64,000 nucleotides of DNA. Origin: Octopus bimaculoides. Lineage: Eukaryota. Shown here one piece after another: positions 14,481 through 27,405 of the stretch. A program made the position numbers and the translations under genes. The DNA lies in NCBI RefSeq assembly GCF_001194135.2, contig NC_068986.1, positions 810,470 to 874,469 of the forward strand, read 5' to 3'. Numbering within the stretch: position 1 is the first letter of the stretch; each line of letters opens with the position of its first letter. Below the pieces are notes generated by a model. The model searched no databases and had not been told where the DNA came from. It was given only the letters and a program-made list of their open reading frames with translations.

Positions 14481-14706
14481 CATCATCATCATCATCATCG
14501 TTTAACGTCCGCTTTCCATGCTAGCATGGGTTGGACGATTTGACTGAGGACTGGTAAAACCGGATGGCAACACCAGACTCCAATCTAATTTGGCAGAGTT
14601 TCTACAGCTGGATGCCCTTCCTAACGCCAACCACTCAGAGAGTGTAGTGGGTTCTTTTACGTGTCACCCGCACGAAGGCCAGTCATGCAGTACTGGCAAC
14701 GGCCAC
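14481..14706 (-). mobile_element. Young SINE copy with RTE-type (GAT)n tail
   Basis: (CAT)6 tail and ~200 nt near-identical to the 25326 and 43268 copies; CpGs retained. Confidence 0.9.
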
Positions 14707-15844
14707 AAAATTACTCATAAACCAATTTGTTCATGATGAGAAGCATTTGTAAACCAAGGTTCCACTTGTTCAAAGGCTGCACAGTGGGACTGAACATGAA
14801 ACTATGTAAGTGCAAAAAGGACTTCTTAACCTGTAAAATGTGTGAAGAAAATCTTGTCTATAAGTAATTTAATGTCATTTTAAACAGAAACACTCCAAAA
14901 GCTGTAAATGATATATTCCAAAAATCTAAACAAAACTTACAGAAGATCTAAACATAGCAGAAATATTAATGTGTACATTAAATTTCAATTGTCATCCGAC
15001 ATATGTCCAAATTTCTTTACAGCAATTAGACATATGTAACTGCCATAACCTATACAACTGGTTTCAAGGAACGTTTAAAGTACATATTTTTAACAGCCAT
15101 ATATATTTATAAGCTGGTAAAGAGGTGTCAGTAATTTCATACATTGGGAATTTTTTTGCTAAGTATTGTGCTTTACCTGTAGATGTGGTTATACATAATA
15201 TTGGTTGAAATTCCATTGCACATTTACTAACTAGGCATGGTCTAAAAATGATACGTAATTATTTACTCGTATTACAAATAGCTGTGTGTTGTAATCATAA
15301 TCTAAATGAGTAATGATTACTGCTAGCAGTTCCCATTTTTTCGTAAATCAATACTGGTGTGTATAGAGAGAAATAATTACCAATATTGCAACGGCTTCTA
15401 TTGACAGAGGAACTATGGCAGAGAAATAAATGAAGTGCTAAATTACAGACCAGGTGGTCGTCAAATCAAACACTGATTGTTGTCACTTGGGACAAGGTAC
15501 ATAACTGATGCAGTTTGCTTAGCTGATAGAAACAGGTTCCACTCCTATTTTTACAAAAATTACTAGTAAATGAGCATTGGGCTGTAAAATTGTTTCAATG
15601 ACCATCAACCCACTCATGTTAACTTAGCAAAAGGAATGAGGAAAAAAGAAGTGACAGAATTTTCCAATATCTTAACTTCAATGAGTGCATATTTTGTGTA
15701 TTTTGGTTACTTCAATGTTTTCTATTAAAAACATCCTGATTAAAACAAAACTTACTTTTAAATAATATAGAAAAACATTATTTACAATTAATGCTAAACA
15801 AAAATTACAATTACGAAACTGAAATTTTAAAAATTTAATTAAAA

Positions 15845-16240
15845 GAGCAAGTCTGCTTCACAACCACATGGTTTACGGTTCAGTCCCACTGCACAGCACC
15901 TTGTACTAATGACTCTTATCATTCTGAGTCAACCAATGCCTTGAGTGAATTTAGTAGGCAAAGACTGTAAGAAGCCCAATTTGTATGTGTGTGTGTACAT
16001 GCATACATGATTATAGACCTCCCACAACTCTGCTTGAGCAAAACTGTGAATGGGGTGTACATTCCTGGTTAACATTTAGACTAGTTACTCTGTACTTCCG
16101 AAGACCTGTGAAATTTAAAAAAAAAAATCCCTTACTTGAAAAACAGGTATGGGTTGGTGACAAATAGAGCATCCAACCATAAACTGACTCAAATATGTTC
16201 CTGTCCAGTCCATGCTAGCATGAAAAAACATGCTAAATGA
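15845..16240 (+). mobile_element. Degenerate tRNA-derived SINE with internal (TG)n and RTE-type tail
   Basis: caaccacatggtttacggttcagtcccactgc head; gggttggtgacaaatagagcatcc...catgctagcatg tail. Confidence 0.7.
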
Positions 16241-16259
16241 ACTAACATTATCCTATTAA

Positions 16260-16477
16260 CCCTTCAGCATTTAAACTGGCCATAACCAGCCAAAATATTC
16301 TACTTGTTTTATGATCCAACTGACCAGATCTCAACTCTCACACCAACCCTACAACATCAGTCTAAAAATTAAGTTACTTCTGAAAAATCTCAAAGCTACA
16401 ACATAATGTATTATTAATACAAAATAATGAGAATAAATAAGCATTATTTCTGACAGAATAATGTGAATACTAACGGG
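16260..16477 (-). mobile_element. piggyBac-like MITE (TTAA|CCC...GGG|TTAA)
   Basis: TTAA at 16256-16259 and 16478-16481; imperfect TIRs cccttcagcatt / revcomp cccgttagtatt; 218 bp, non-coding; two more copies in the window. Confidence 0.7.
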
Positions 16478-16628
16478 TTAAATTTAATTACACTACATTA
16501 TCATTATCCTTGCTTTTACATCAACGTTTCTATGGTGACATGCATTGGATGAGACTGAGGCAGTACAGTCACTCAAACAATTCAAGAACAGTCAGAAAAT
16601 TTCTTTCCAGTAATTGTTAAAAACATTA

Positions 16629-16917
16629 TGGAGATGTACTTGCATAGCAAGTGACCTGATCTGAGATCGTGTGCTGGAACGAAAACAATTGCAGCGTGGA
16701 AGGTGTTTATAAACCATTAGATTCACTTCAACATTTTAATTTAATTTGTCAAAATATTTTCGGCGCTTTGAGACCGCAACCTGTTCACTGCAGCACAGAA
16801 TTTTGTCAGTGAACAGGTCGCGGTCTCAAAGCGACGAAAATATTTTGACAAATTAAATTTAAATGTTGGAGTGAATCTAACGGTTTTTGTGTGTTTCTTA
16901 AACACCTTCCACACTGC
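16629..16917. mobile_element. Palindromic (fold-back) insertion flanked by a perfect 17-bp direct repeat
   Basis: Arms 16717-16790 and 16807-16880 pair at 70/74. Outer arms 16684-16709 and 16899-16924 pair at 25/26. AATTGTTAAAAACATTA occurs at 16612-16628 and 16918-16934. Confidence 0.85.
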
Positions 16918-17699
16918 AATTGTTAAAAACATTAATGTAAGCATAAAGCTGTAAACCTTGATGTTTAGCTTTATTTGCTTTTTTTCTATTTTCCCAGCAA
17001 AAGGAACTACTTCAGGATATGATTTCACAAAAGTGAAATCATATACTGAAGTTTAAAGCTATTCTGGTTACAGAAATTTAAAATTATAAAAACTTTTCTA
17101 AGAAAACTCAGTTTATTTAATAATGGCTTTTGTGCAAGTTTCATAGCAATTTCAGTTTTGAGTTGTAACTTTATGAACAGACATCCTAATTTTAGTGAAA
17201 AATAGCTTAATTGAATGAAATACTGAAATTTTATAGTGACATGTAAAATATTTCATACAAAGAAAAATTATTTTGTTCAAAGTTCAATTTTGTATCTGTA
17301 AAGAATTAAGTTGTATTCTAAAAAAAACTTAACTTATTTAAGAAAATATTTACAGCTTCAACAATTCTTCCCACTTACACTATTTTAATTAACTTATACT
17401 GTTTAGTGAAACAAAGTTTACTTTTCTAAATTATTATTTCACAATTAAGATCTATTCAGTTGCAAAATATTTGGAGATTTGATAAGTACTTTTAAAATTA
17501 TTTTGCTCTTATTTCGATGGTTTTGTCCAGAACCAAATCTTCTTGTCTCAAGCATATAGATTAACAAACTGACTGGTCTTGATGGGCTTACTTCAATTGC
17601 TCTCTAAACTGAACTCCAGAGCTAGATCCCATTACAATATATATGGAAACATTCAATGATGCATCCCATTTCCTAGAAAAGCAACCTTGCTGACTGCCA

Positions 17700-18500
17700 C
17701 CTATTGATGATATATTGCACTCACTTCCCAAATTTGCGTTTAACTCCCTTCTCTGTGACCACCAGTACTACTACCATCACATGTTAGTAACCACAAAAGC
17801 AGTACCTAACAATAGCAAATCTTCTGAATATGCCTAGCATAAAAATATCTTGGTTAAATAGCCAGCTTATGAGCTTAATGATTCTATAATGTCTTGAATC
17901 AAGTTTTTCTATCGAGGATGCCTTTAATAGACATACTATCAACTTTGGAGTACCTCAAGGTTATTCCAAAATTGAAAGTATGTGCACACTCTTTCATATG
18001 TATATGTTTATAATGTAGGTAGTTGCTGTCCCTTGGAACCATATACAGTTCTAGGCAGATAGGACCGTTCATTCACCAAATTTCTCAGAGGGTCACCCAT
18101 CCAGGCATACATTGTTCCTTAATAAACAGAAATTTTGATAAAATCCACACGACATGGCAACCAAGTTCCCTTTAACTGTCTTGAGAATCAATACAGAAAT
18201 TGAAAGAATCAGTTTTCCATTACTTCCTCCTAAGCATGAACAGCATAAAAAGATTGAAAGCTACAATAAATACTTGCCCCAAAATCTCTAAAAAAATTGT
18301 CATAGCAAGCTCACATGTATAAAATTATAAACCTGGCTTTCTTTTAGGTGCCAGAAAATACTTGTCCAGAATTCTGAAAAATTCCTCTCTACAATTTGAT
18401 GACAATGGTTAACAAGCTGAAATGCATGTGATCTTAAGCCACATGTCCATTTAAGCATAAAATGCAGATTGAACTTGCAGTCTTTCTAAACACTGCCACA
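17700..18500 (+). mobile_element. Very decayed CR1-group RT remnant
   Basis: INFGVPQG near 17938-17960 and a GFLF-R-RKY-like stretch near 18338-18365; frame is otherwise broken. Confidence 0.35.
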
Positions 18501-18670
18501 GTAAATATTTCTATTTTGAGTTTTATTTCAGTGACACTTCTGAATGGTCAATTGTTTATTATAGATTGAAAATAATATCTGTGGAGAAATTTGAAATGCC
18601 AACTTAAAACATTACAATAAAATGTGAAATAAGTTTACTAGAACAAGCAATATTTAAACTATAAAAAACA

Positions 18671-18823
18671 CAGGCATGGCTGCTTAGTCAAGAATTTCAT
18701 TTTGCAACCATGTGATTCCAGGTTCAGTCAGTGTGTGACACTTTGGGCAATTACCTTTTACTATAGCCTCAGGCTAACCAAAGTTTTGAAAAGATTTCAT
18801 ACAGAAACTGAATCAAGTCCATG

Positions 18824-18862
<39 letters not shown>

Positions 18863-19050
18863 ATTGTATCTCCTTGCCTAGTCATCACGGGATAGTTGTA
18901 AATGAGTGTCACTGACATACAAGCAATGTCATTCATTTCCAGTATTCAGCAAAAATATGCCTGGCCATGGGGAAATATTACCATGCTTGGAAATAGGTGA
19001 GAGTTGCTGACAGTAGAAAATCTGCCTCAATAAATTCCATTTGAACTATG
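18671..19050 (+). mobile_element. Near full-length tRNA-derived SINE with central (TG)n
   Basis: caggcatggctg...caggttcagtc...ctatagcctcagg...(TG)n...ggtgagagttgctgacag; same layout as 27051-27405. Confidence 0.8.
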
Positions 19051-19936
19051 GATACTAAGATTACAACCCACACACGTGTGCATTTGCCTTGACATTGTGT
19101 AATTGTAAACAAATTCCACCATCATACAAGCTATGTCATTTATTTGCAATCTGCTGTAAAAACATGTCTTCATTTTTAAACCAGAGGAAATCTTATCCTG
19201 TTTGGAAATAGGTAATGGATGCATCCACCTGTAGGAAGTTTGCCTCCTCAAATTTCGTCCAATCCATGCAAGTATAGGGAAGTGGAAATTGAAATGATAA
19301 AATGGATGTAAATTCTCAGGAGGTGATCTATTACTGTCTATCATTATCTTAGCAAGAGATGGCACTCAATAGGTTATCTCATTGACTCTTATTGCAACTG
19401 ATATTCTTTTCCTAAAAGACAAAGAAATAAGAAGGCTAAAGAACCCCCACCTTCAAGCTGGATCTGTGTTGGTAATAAACCACAAACAGAAATTCTACTC
19501 TGCAAACCACAAGGAAGGCAACCCATCTAGAAGAGCAATAATTCCAAATAAAAATTTCTGTAGTGGAGATGTGGACCTTAGAAGCTACAGTGGAGGCAAC
19601 CCATCAAGGAGTAACAGTGAAGAAAACTGAAGCATTATAAAAGGCAAACCATTCTTGTCACACAATGACTCTAGTATGAGTGTCATGATAAAATGCACTG
19701 TAAAGTAGTTTGCAATAGAAAGAGCATCCAATGTAAACAACACACTATAAATATATTCAAAATTAATGAAAAATTACAATGTATGGGGCTAATATTTAAA
19801 ATGTTTGTGCAGCACATGATAGGTGTCCAGGCAGGAAATATGACCATGTGCGAGAACCCCATAATTGTCAAATGATTGCACCAACTCTTCTTTTTCCAAG
19901 ATAGACATTTGCCACTCAGCTGGCAAAAATGAGTAA

Positions 19937-20100
19937 TACCTGTATTTCAAAGGGCCAGCCTTGTCACACTGTGTCATGCTCAATCTCCCTGAGAACTACA
20001 TGTCTGTGGAGTGCTCAGCCACTTGCAAGTGAATTTCATGAGCAAGCTGTTCTGTTGATCAGATCAACTGGAACCCTCATTGTCATAACCAACAGAGTGC
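19937..20100 (+). mobile_element. 5'-truncated copy of the SINE family at 21405-21787
   Basis: tacctgtatttcaaagggccagccttgtc...atcaactggaaccctc...cagagtgc aligns to the reverse complement of ~21407-21590. Confidence 0.9.
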
Positions 20101-20399
20101 TTGTTAGTTAAATAGACATTAAGCAATCAAAACACTAGAAGCTCTCATCTCTGACAGGTACTAAACATCATCATGGTTGCTACCATCAATGTTGGATGGT
20201 AGGTTTAGAGAGAGATACTACAGTAGAAGTGAATAGACATGTGCTGTGTACTTGAGGTAAGATGGGGAGAAGAGCCTCAGCTAGGTTCCTCATGATCTCA
20301 GATAGAAACAAATTTTTTAATAAAAATAGTCAGAGTATGTAATAGAACAAGTGAGCTTAGGTTAGTCATAGGTAATAAAACAGCAATCGTGATCTCTGC

Positions 20400-22330
20400 A
20401 TTTGCACAATCTGGCCTAACGAATGAGTGAAAAGGACCATTTCTACAAGTCCCTTTTTCACTCTAAATAACAAATAGCAACTTCATTAGCTGAGGACAAT
20501 AGACATGTTAGAAATAGTCATGATAGCTATTTTGATGTGCATAGAATAAAGAGGGATTGAAGCACTTGATTTCTGATGTAAATAACCTAATTATTTGTTA
20601 CACTAACTTCAAGAAACCAGTCACTCACCTGATCACCTACAAGTGAACATCTAAGTCAAGTGCAGGGGAACAAATAAGGATATCAGATAACTAGAAGAGA
20701 GGCTAAATGTTAAGTACATTTCTCAAGAAAAGAAGCAAGAAGTAACAGGCTTGCCAACATTGAGAATTAGGTGCGAAGTGTTCCAGATTTTAAAACAATG
20801 TGTCAGTATGAACCAGGACACTTTTAGTGAAAAGTGTGTAATGACAGCAGTATACTTGCTCTGACACTGGCAAGAGAAAGGCATGGAAATTTTATTACAA
20901 GAGGTTACTGAATAAGGAGAATTCATAAGAGCAAGTACCTCGGGTATATTGAGAGCCCAATGACCATAAAGGATATAGAAGCAGAGAAAGCAGCTGGACC
21001 CCAAGAGCTAGTGGCTGAGATGCTGAATATACCTGGCAACACAGGACATGCACTCACTCAATCCATCATAAGGATGAACCAAGTACATACCAAATCTTCA
21101 TCTTGTCTTCTAAGTTAAATTTCTTTCTAATTAGTTGTGCTAATAAGCCTTTTATTTGAAGATGAGAGAACCACTGATGCCATTTTCCTTATGAGTTAAC
21201 TCCGGAGGTTCTTGGCAAAAACTAAGCCACATTGCAGATTTATACAAGGCTTTGGCAAGGTACTCCACACTATACTTTAGGTACATATAAATGGCTGTGA
21301 GCAATAGGAGTAACAAAGTCTTTCAAATTCTTAGAGAATTCACTAGTTGTTTGTTGATAGTTTCCATACCTTGGTAATTAAATTAGCAGTGTTCTTGATA
21401 AAATCATGGCACTCTGTCAGTTACAACAACGAGGGTTCCAGTTGATTCGATCAACGGAACAGTCTGCTTGTGAAATTAATGTGTAAGTGGCTGAGCACTC
21501 CACAGACACATGTACCCTTAACGTACTTCTCGGGGAGATTCAGTGTGACACAGTGTGCGACAAGGCTGGCCCTTTGAAATACAGGTACAATAGAAACAGG
21601 AAGGAAGAGTGAGAGAAAGTTGTGGTGAAAGAGTACAGCAGGGTTCGCCACTACCCCCTGCTGGAGCCTCGTGGAGCTTTAGGTGTTTTTGCTCAATCAA
21701 CACTCACAATGCCCAGTCTGGGAATTGAAGTTGCGATCCCACGACTGTGAGTCCACTGCCCTAACCACTGGGCCATTGCGCCTCCACTTGATAAAATAGT
21801 CAGAATAAGAACAGGGTGGAAAAAGATCAGGGAGCTTTACCTCTACTGGCAAAATGGAGAGTCTCTGAGTGGAAATGTCACAATGCTACTCGTGTGCAAA
21901 TGTAATGTTGCACAATAGTAAATACTGGACATTGAATGCGGATGAGTGATGGCTAGACAGAAATTAGGTAAGCATGTTCACTGGACGTGTAATATTAATG
22001 TGCATGAATGACAGATCAAATGAAAGGAGAGAAAAACTGGATATAAGAGGGATCAGGTGTGGCTGGTGTACAGGAGACTAAGCTTGTATGAACAAGTTAA
22101 GCGTGTGGAGGATGGCAGATGGGTAAAGAAGTACCAAGCAATCAAAGTGGAAGGAACATGCAGCAAGTGAAAGACCAAGGAAGACATGGCCAGAAATGGT
22201 GAACGTTGATCTCAGGAGGCTGAACTCCAGGGCAGAGATAAAGGACTGTGACAAGTGGTAAGATGCTGTCTTAGAGAAGAGACCCATTTAAACCTATGGC
22301 AAAACATGGAAAAACAGGCATAAAATGATA
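20400..22330 (+). mobile_element. Fragmented RTE-clade LINE (APE, linker and C-terminal remnants), interrupted by a SINE
   Basis: NNLIICYTNFKKPVTHLITYK (20581-20643); AWKFYYKRLLNKEN (20881-20922); EKAAGPQELVAEML (~20985-21025); ERPRKTW-like C-terminus (~22170-22190); tail aacatggaaaaacaggcataaaatgat (~22303-22329). Confidence 0.8.
21405..21787 (-). mobile_element. Full-length tRNA-derived SINE with 11-bp TSD
   Basis: Head gtggaggcgcaatggcccagtggttagggc (A box TGGCCCAGTGG) and a degenerate B box; TSD CTTGATAAAAT at 21394-21404 and 21787-21797. Confidence 0.92.
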
Positions 22331-25325
22331 TGTACATATAAAAAAATTCAATGACAGCTGAATTGCATTTCATCTTTTGGTAGATTTTAATATACTGTAC
22401 CAGTAATTACCTTAAATATGACAACACTCAACAATAAGAATGAAAAAGATGTCATTAACTTTAATTGGCAATTCTCTTCCCAAATTGTCAGAGAAGTTAC
22501 AACTGCCTTTTTCAGAATACCCTATTATAGCAGTAGGAAACCGGAGCCACTTGGGATCACGCTGACTAGTAATAAAAGTGTTAATGTGGTCTAAGGAAAT
22601 CTTTCAGCTCTCAAAAGTAATACAAATAAAGGGACTGTATTCACCTTCAGTTTGAAAATTGCTTATTTGGCAAATCGAATAATATGGAACGAATTATAAA
22701 TCAAATTTGTGGTTTCCAGGGAGAGAGAGAGAAACTTACCTGGACAGAAAAATGAGGAAAAAGAAGAATTTGGAATTAATCTGTAAAATAGATTAATCAT
22801 ACCTAATTATAGTTTACAATTAGTAATTAAGAGTTGCAATGACCAAGTTGAAACATGTCAACTCCACAGCTCATGATTTTTGTGACATGATAAAGATAGT
22901 CTGTATTGTACAGTTAAGATAATTAACTCTTCAGTCAATGTATTTAGAATTAGCTGCTGAGATAGCAGGTCCTCTGTGATTGTGTGATGATCTAACTAGA
23001 TAATTGAAAGACATTGAAGTCGTTTAGAGGTCTGACTAAATTCTACCGTAACTGTCTTAGTTTTTACACATCGGAGAAGATAATAGCAAACCCTGCTCTT
23101 CAGTTTGTGAATAATAATAATCTTATTGATATGACAATATATCAATGCTAACAAAAGCAGAGATTTAGCTGCAATTTCTGATAACATAGCAATACTGGAC
23201 ATGCTATTTAGAGCAAGAGTGAAGTAGAAACAGGAACATTTTGACAAAAAAAATTCTTTATAATAAACCATTGAGTCGGACTTTGATTTGTAGAGCTGAG
23301 ACAAATCACTTGTATTTTATATTAATAATATTCCCATTATCAACACAGGCAAGTAAAAAGTCCTTGTTTAGCAACAAAACTAACTGTAAGTTATGCAAAG
23401 ACTTTAGAAAGCAGAATGAAGCAGAATCAAACTAAATAAGTTCAAAAGAATAGAATATAATTTATTACTCCCTATTCTCAGATATTTGGTTTGCAAGTGC
23501 AATACAGTGAAATTAATCCCCATCTTTGTCCTTGATTTAGCATACATAATACAAAATGGGTAGCAGCAAGTATACAGAAATGGTTTTGAGCTTGCTAGTT
23601 CCAAAGAGGACATTGTTGAAGTAGAAGTAATACATGAAAATAGAAAAAATAGTGCAGAGAGTCAGTGGTGGTTAACATTTCTTGGTCTTTGATAATCAGC
23701 CAGACTGCCTTATTTTGGGTGCAGTAGTTAATATCTCAGATATTTGAACAGTAACCTCATGTGATCACCTTGTGTGCAGGTAATTTGGGCTAATCATCAA
23801 CTTCAAAAAGATTCAGATCATCTGTTAACCAACAGCAACTGAAACAAACCAGGTATAACCCATTATTTCAGCCTAGTAAAATAATTTGTGAAAAAAACCA
23901 CCTCTATATCTGGAAAGATACTTGTTTGCAATGGCATCCTTGATGACAAGATTCAATATCACCAGAAATGCATGAAAATAGCTTTTTGGAAATCTTTGGA
24001 CAAGAATCTTTCATTCATCAAAATGTTAGTGTACAGAGTAGGTGATTCCAACATTCCTGAACACCTCAAAAATCTTATAGCATACGAATGACATCTGAAG
24101 ACAATGGAAAGGGTCTCAATAAAGCTGTTTGTGAAACATCAGCTGAGAAGAAAAAATATTAGCTTGCTGAATGAAGCAAATCAGGCAGCAATGTCTTGTG
24201 TGGAATCTGATGAGATTATAACAGGAGTGGTAAAAGAAGAGAGCAGTACCTTTGACTGGATAAGTGAAGAGCAGATGCTGCTGCATAGTAGTGGAAAAGA
24301 TGACAGTGAGCTAGCAGCAGTAACATGTTGGTAAGTGAATCTTTGCTCATCAACAGGAATGCCTTCTTTTGGATGCAGTCTAGGATATTTTTTTTGTAAG
24401 TGTAGTAGCAACACTCTCTCAAACGTGATCTACTAAAAACAGCAAGTGATCAAGATGGGGGTAATTGCTAGGCCTGAAGAACTTTTTTTGTTTGGTATAC
24501 AGTTTTGGTAGCAATGTTATAAATGTAGGAGATTGCCATTACAGAGCATGCGGTTGCTAAGAACAGTAAAATAGATGTAGAGTTTTTCATGTTGAGTATT
24601 TTGATTTCACTATGTAGGTAATCTATAAATAAGGTGTGTGTATACAACAGAGCATCATTGTTTTGTGCATATTAGTTTTCTGCAGTTTGCATCAAGCTAT
24701 GCAGAAAGAACCAGTATGGTCCATAATGTACGTGACATACGGCTCTTATATTGGTTTCCACTTACCTATGCCCTGCACTCCTAGGAAATGTTTAATTTTC
24801 ACTCTCCTTACGAAAGTAATAACACAGAAATGAAAAAGTAAATTTTCTTGTAACTGCTTTATTTTTAAAACTGAACCATGTAGAGTACCATGGAGGAACA
24901 GACTGAACTTAAGTTTTAACTTGGTGCATAAACTGCAAACATAACTACAGTAATTAGAAAATAACTAAATAAATCATAATTGTGAACATAAAATTCTATG
25001 ATTTCTTTCTTCCTTCCTGCTCTTCATTCCTAACTTTATTAGAATATGGAATTCTCTTGCTGATTACAATCAGTGGAAATGTATGGATTCAAGAGATTCC
25101 TAGATTTTGTCTTGACTGTCAAAAAGAAAACCAAAACCGGGTTCACAGAAGTATGTTATTGCAAAACTAAATGAAGACACAGCTGATCACAATACCTTAA
25201 GGGTCATATATATATATAAACACAAAAGGGGTTTAAAATTTACTGCAGCTGTTTCGGTAGAATTTTGTTTATGTATCCCCAATATAAATCCACTATCTTC
25301 AGGTAAAATTTTAAATGGGTATAAA

Positions 25326-25564
25326 CATCATCATCATCATGCTAGCATGGGTTGGACGATTTGACTGAGGACTGGTGAAACCGGATGGCAACACCAGGCT
25401 CCAATCTAATTTGGCAGAGTTTCTACAGCTGGATGCCCTTCCTAACGCCAACCACTCAGAGAGTGTAGTGGGTGCTTTTACGTGTCACCCGCATGAAGAC
25501 CAGCCAGGCGGTACTGGCAACGGTCACGCTCGAAAACCCTACGAAGGCCAGTCAGGCGGCACTG
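25326..25564 (-). mobile_element. Young SINE copy with (GAT)n tail and an internal duplicated aggccagtcaggcgg unit
   Basis: Near-identical to the 14481 copy, with a short deletion next to the tail. Confidence 0.9.
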
Positions 25565-26300
25565 TCCAATAAACAGGATGAATAAGTGATGTTTCACACT
25601 AGTACACAGATACCAATACACACACAGACATATACATAAGAATAACTGAACGCGTGTGTGTGTGTGTGTGTGTGTGTGTATAGACTAGTATGAAATGGTG
25701 ATGACAGTTTTATGTCTTTCTGCTGCCCCAATGTCTGCTCCCTTTATCTCAACCTAGAAATGTTTTGGTTACAGCTTGTCTATTCTCTGACTCTCCTTCA
25801 CAGCAATAATTAAGATAACTGCCTGAAATAGGAGAGTCGATTGACCTCTTTGCTTCTCGCATTCTCGTTATACTTTTGAGTTTTCTATAAATTTAAATGT
25901 TCTTTTCAAAATATCACTTATCGTGTATGTCGGATAGGTCGTCATCAAGGTATTACTTTGCCTATTTATATCAGTTTAAAATTTTACATGGGGATGGCGG
26001 ATTTATGCTATGATGTGATCTATGAACATCAATAAAATTCTACTGAAACAGTTAAAGTAAAATTTAGACCCCATGTGTTCTTTTTACACCTATACCACAC
26101 CTGGAGCCAACCCTGAGTTGGATCTATGGTTTAAATTAGATTTTGTACTTACCTATCTACACATATCTACTATATACTACCAACACAATACCTCATGGTT
26201 GTTTTATCTCACTGTAAACCCTATGTTATGGTACCTAGCCAGTTCTGGATCCTACATGTTGATACGCCTAGATTTTAATGAATGCTGTAATTTCTTTCTT

Positions 26301-26334
<34 letters not shown>

Positions 26335-27050
26335 GATGGATTTCCAGTTTCCATCTACAAAATTCACCCAACAAGGCACTGGTTAGCTTGGTGCTACAAT
26401 AGAAGACACCCAAGTTTCTGTGCAATGGGATTGAACTCAAAACAGTATGGCAATTAGTAATGATTTTAATAATGCATATGCTTTCCTATCACAACCCTGA
26501 AATCCCATTTCCCCACCCCACCATCCCTGGAGGTGTGAACACCTCAGGTTAGGAGCCTGTTTTTGTATATTCAGATTCTATCTTGTGACAGAAAGATTAC
26601 ATTATATTAACTTTCATTTTCTGGCTGACCATAATGAATATCAGGCATATCTCATGGGGAAATATTTGCATTGCTGAGTGAAAGGAATCACATGACAATA
26701 TCTTCAAATGTTTAATTGGATGTGTATTTGTGGAGCAACAATATCTTATTCTTCATTGTATACTGAAGTATATATTGTCTAAAATGGGGGATGGAATGGA
26801 TTAGGAATCAAATTTCTTTCATTCTTTTGATGACAAGCAACCTAAAACAAAGTCAAGTTCCCTAATAAAAAACAAACAAACAAAAAATCACCCATTTTAA
26901 AGCCATGTTGAAATTAAAATTTTCCACCATAACCTAATTTAAAAACTTTTTAAGCTGTGTGCCAATTGCTGGATTAATAAAGAAAAAAAGCTAAGTTTAT
27001 TGTAATGCAGCAAATTCTAGACTTATTTTCAAAATTAATTATAACAAAAT

Positions 27051-27405
27051 GCAGGCATGACTAGGTGGTTTAGAAGCTTGCTTCCCAATCACTTAATTCT
27101 GGGTTCAGTTCTACAGCATAATATCTTGGATAAGTGTTTTCTTCTATAGCCCAGGCCAATCAAAGCCTTGTAAATAGATTTGGTAGACAAAAACTGAAAA
27201 AAGCTTGTTGTACGTGTGCCTGTTTATCCTTGCCTTGACATCACATGATTGTTGTAAAGAAGTGCCACTGTTATACAGTGTCCTTTGATTCCAATCTTCC
27301 ATGAAAATAAATGAGGGTTGGCAACAGAAAGGGCATCCAGTCAGAAATTATGTTCAACCCAAGTGAGCATGGAAAAGTGGACATTAAAACAACAATAATG
27401 ATGAT
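27051..27405 (+). mobile_element. tRNA-derived SINE with RTE-type tail
   Basis: gcaggcatgactaggtggtttagaagcttgcttcccaa...gggttcagtt...gggttggcaacagaaagggcatccag...gcatggaaaagtggacattaaa. Confidence 0.8.

Noticed and set aside
16807-16870. Hammerhead-ribozyme resemblance (gtcgc-loop-gcgac followed by GAAA)
   Set aside because: The upstream core reads GTGAACA rather than CTGANGA, and the would-be cleavage triplet ends in G; not supportable.
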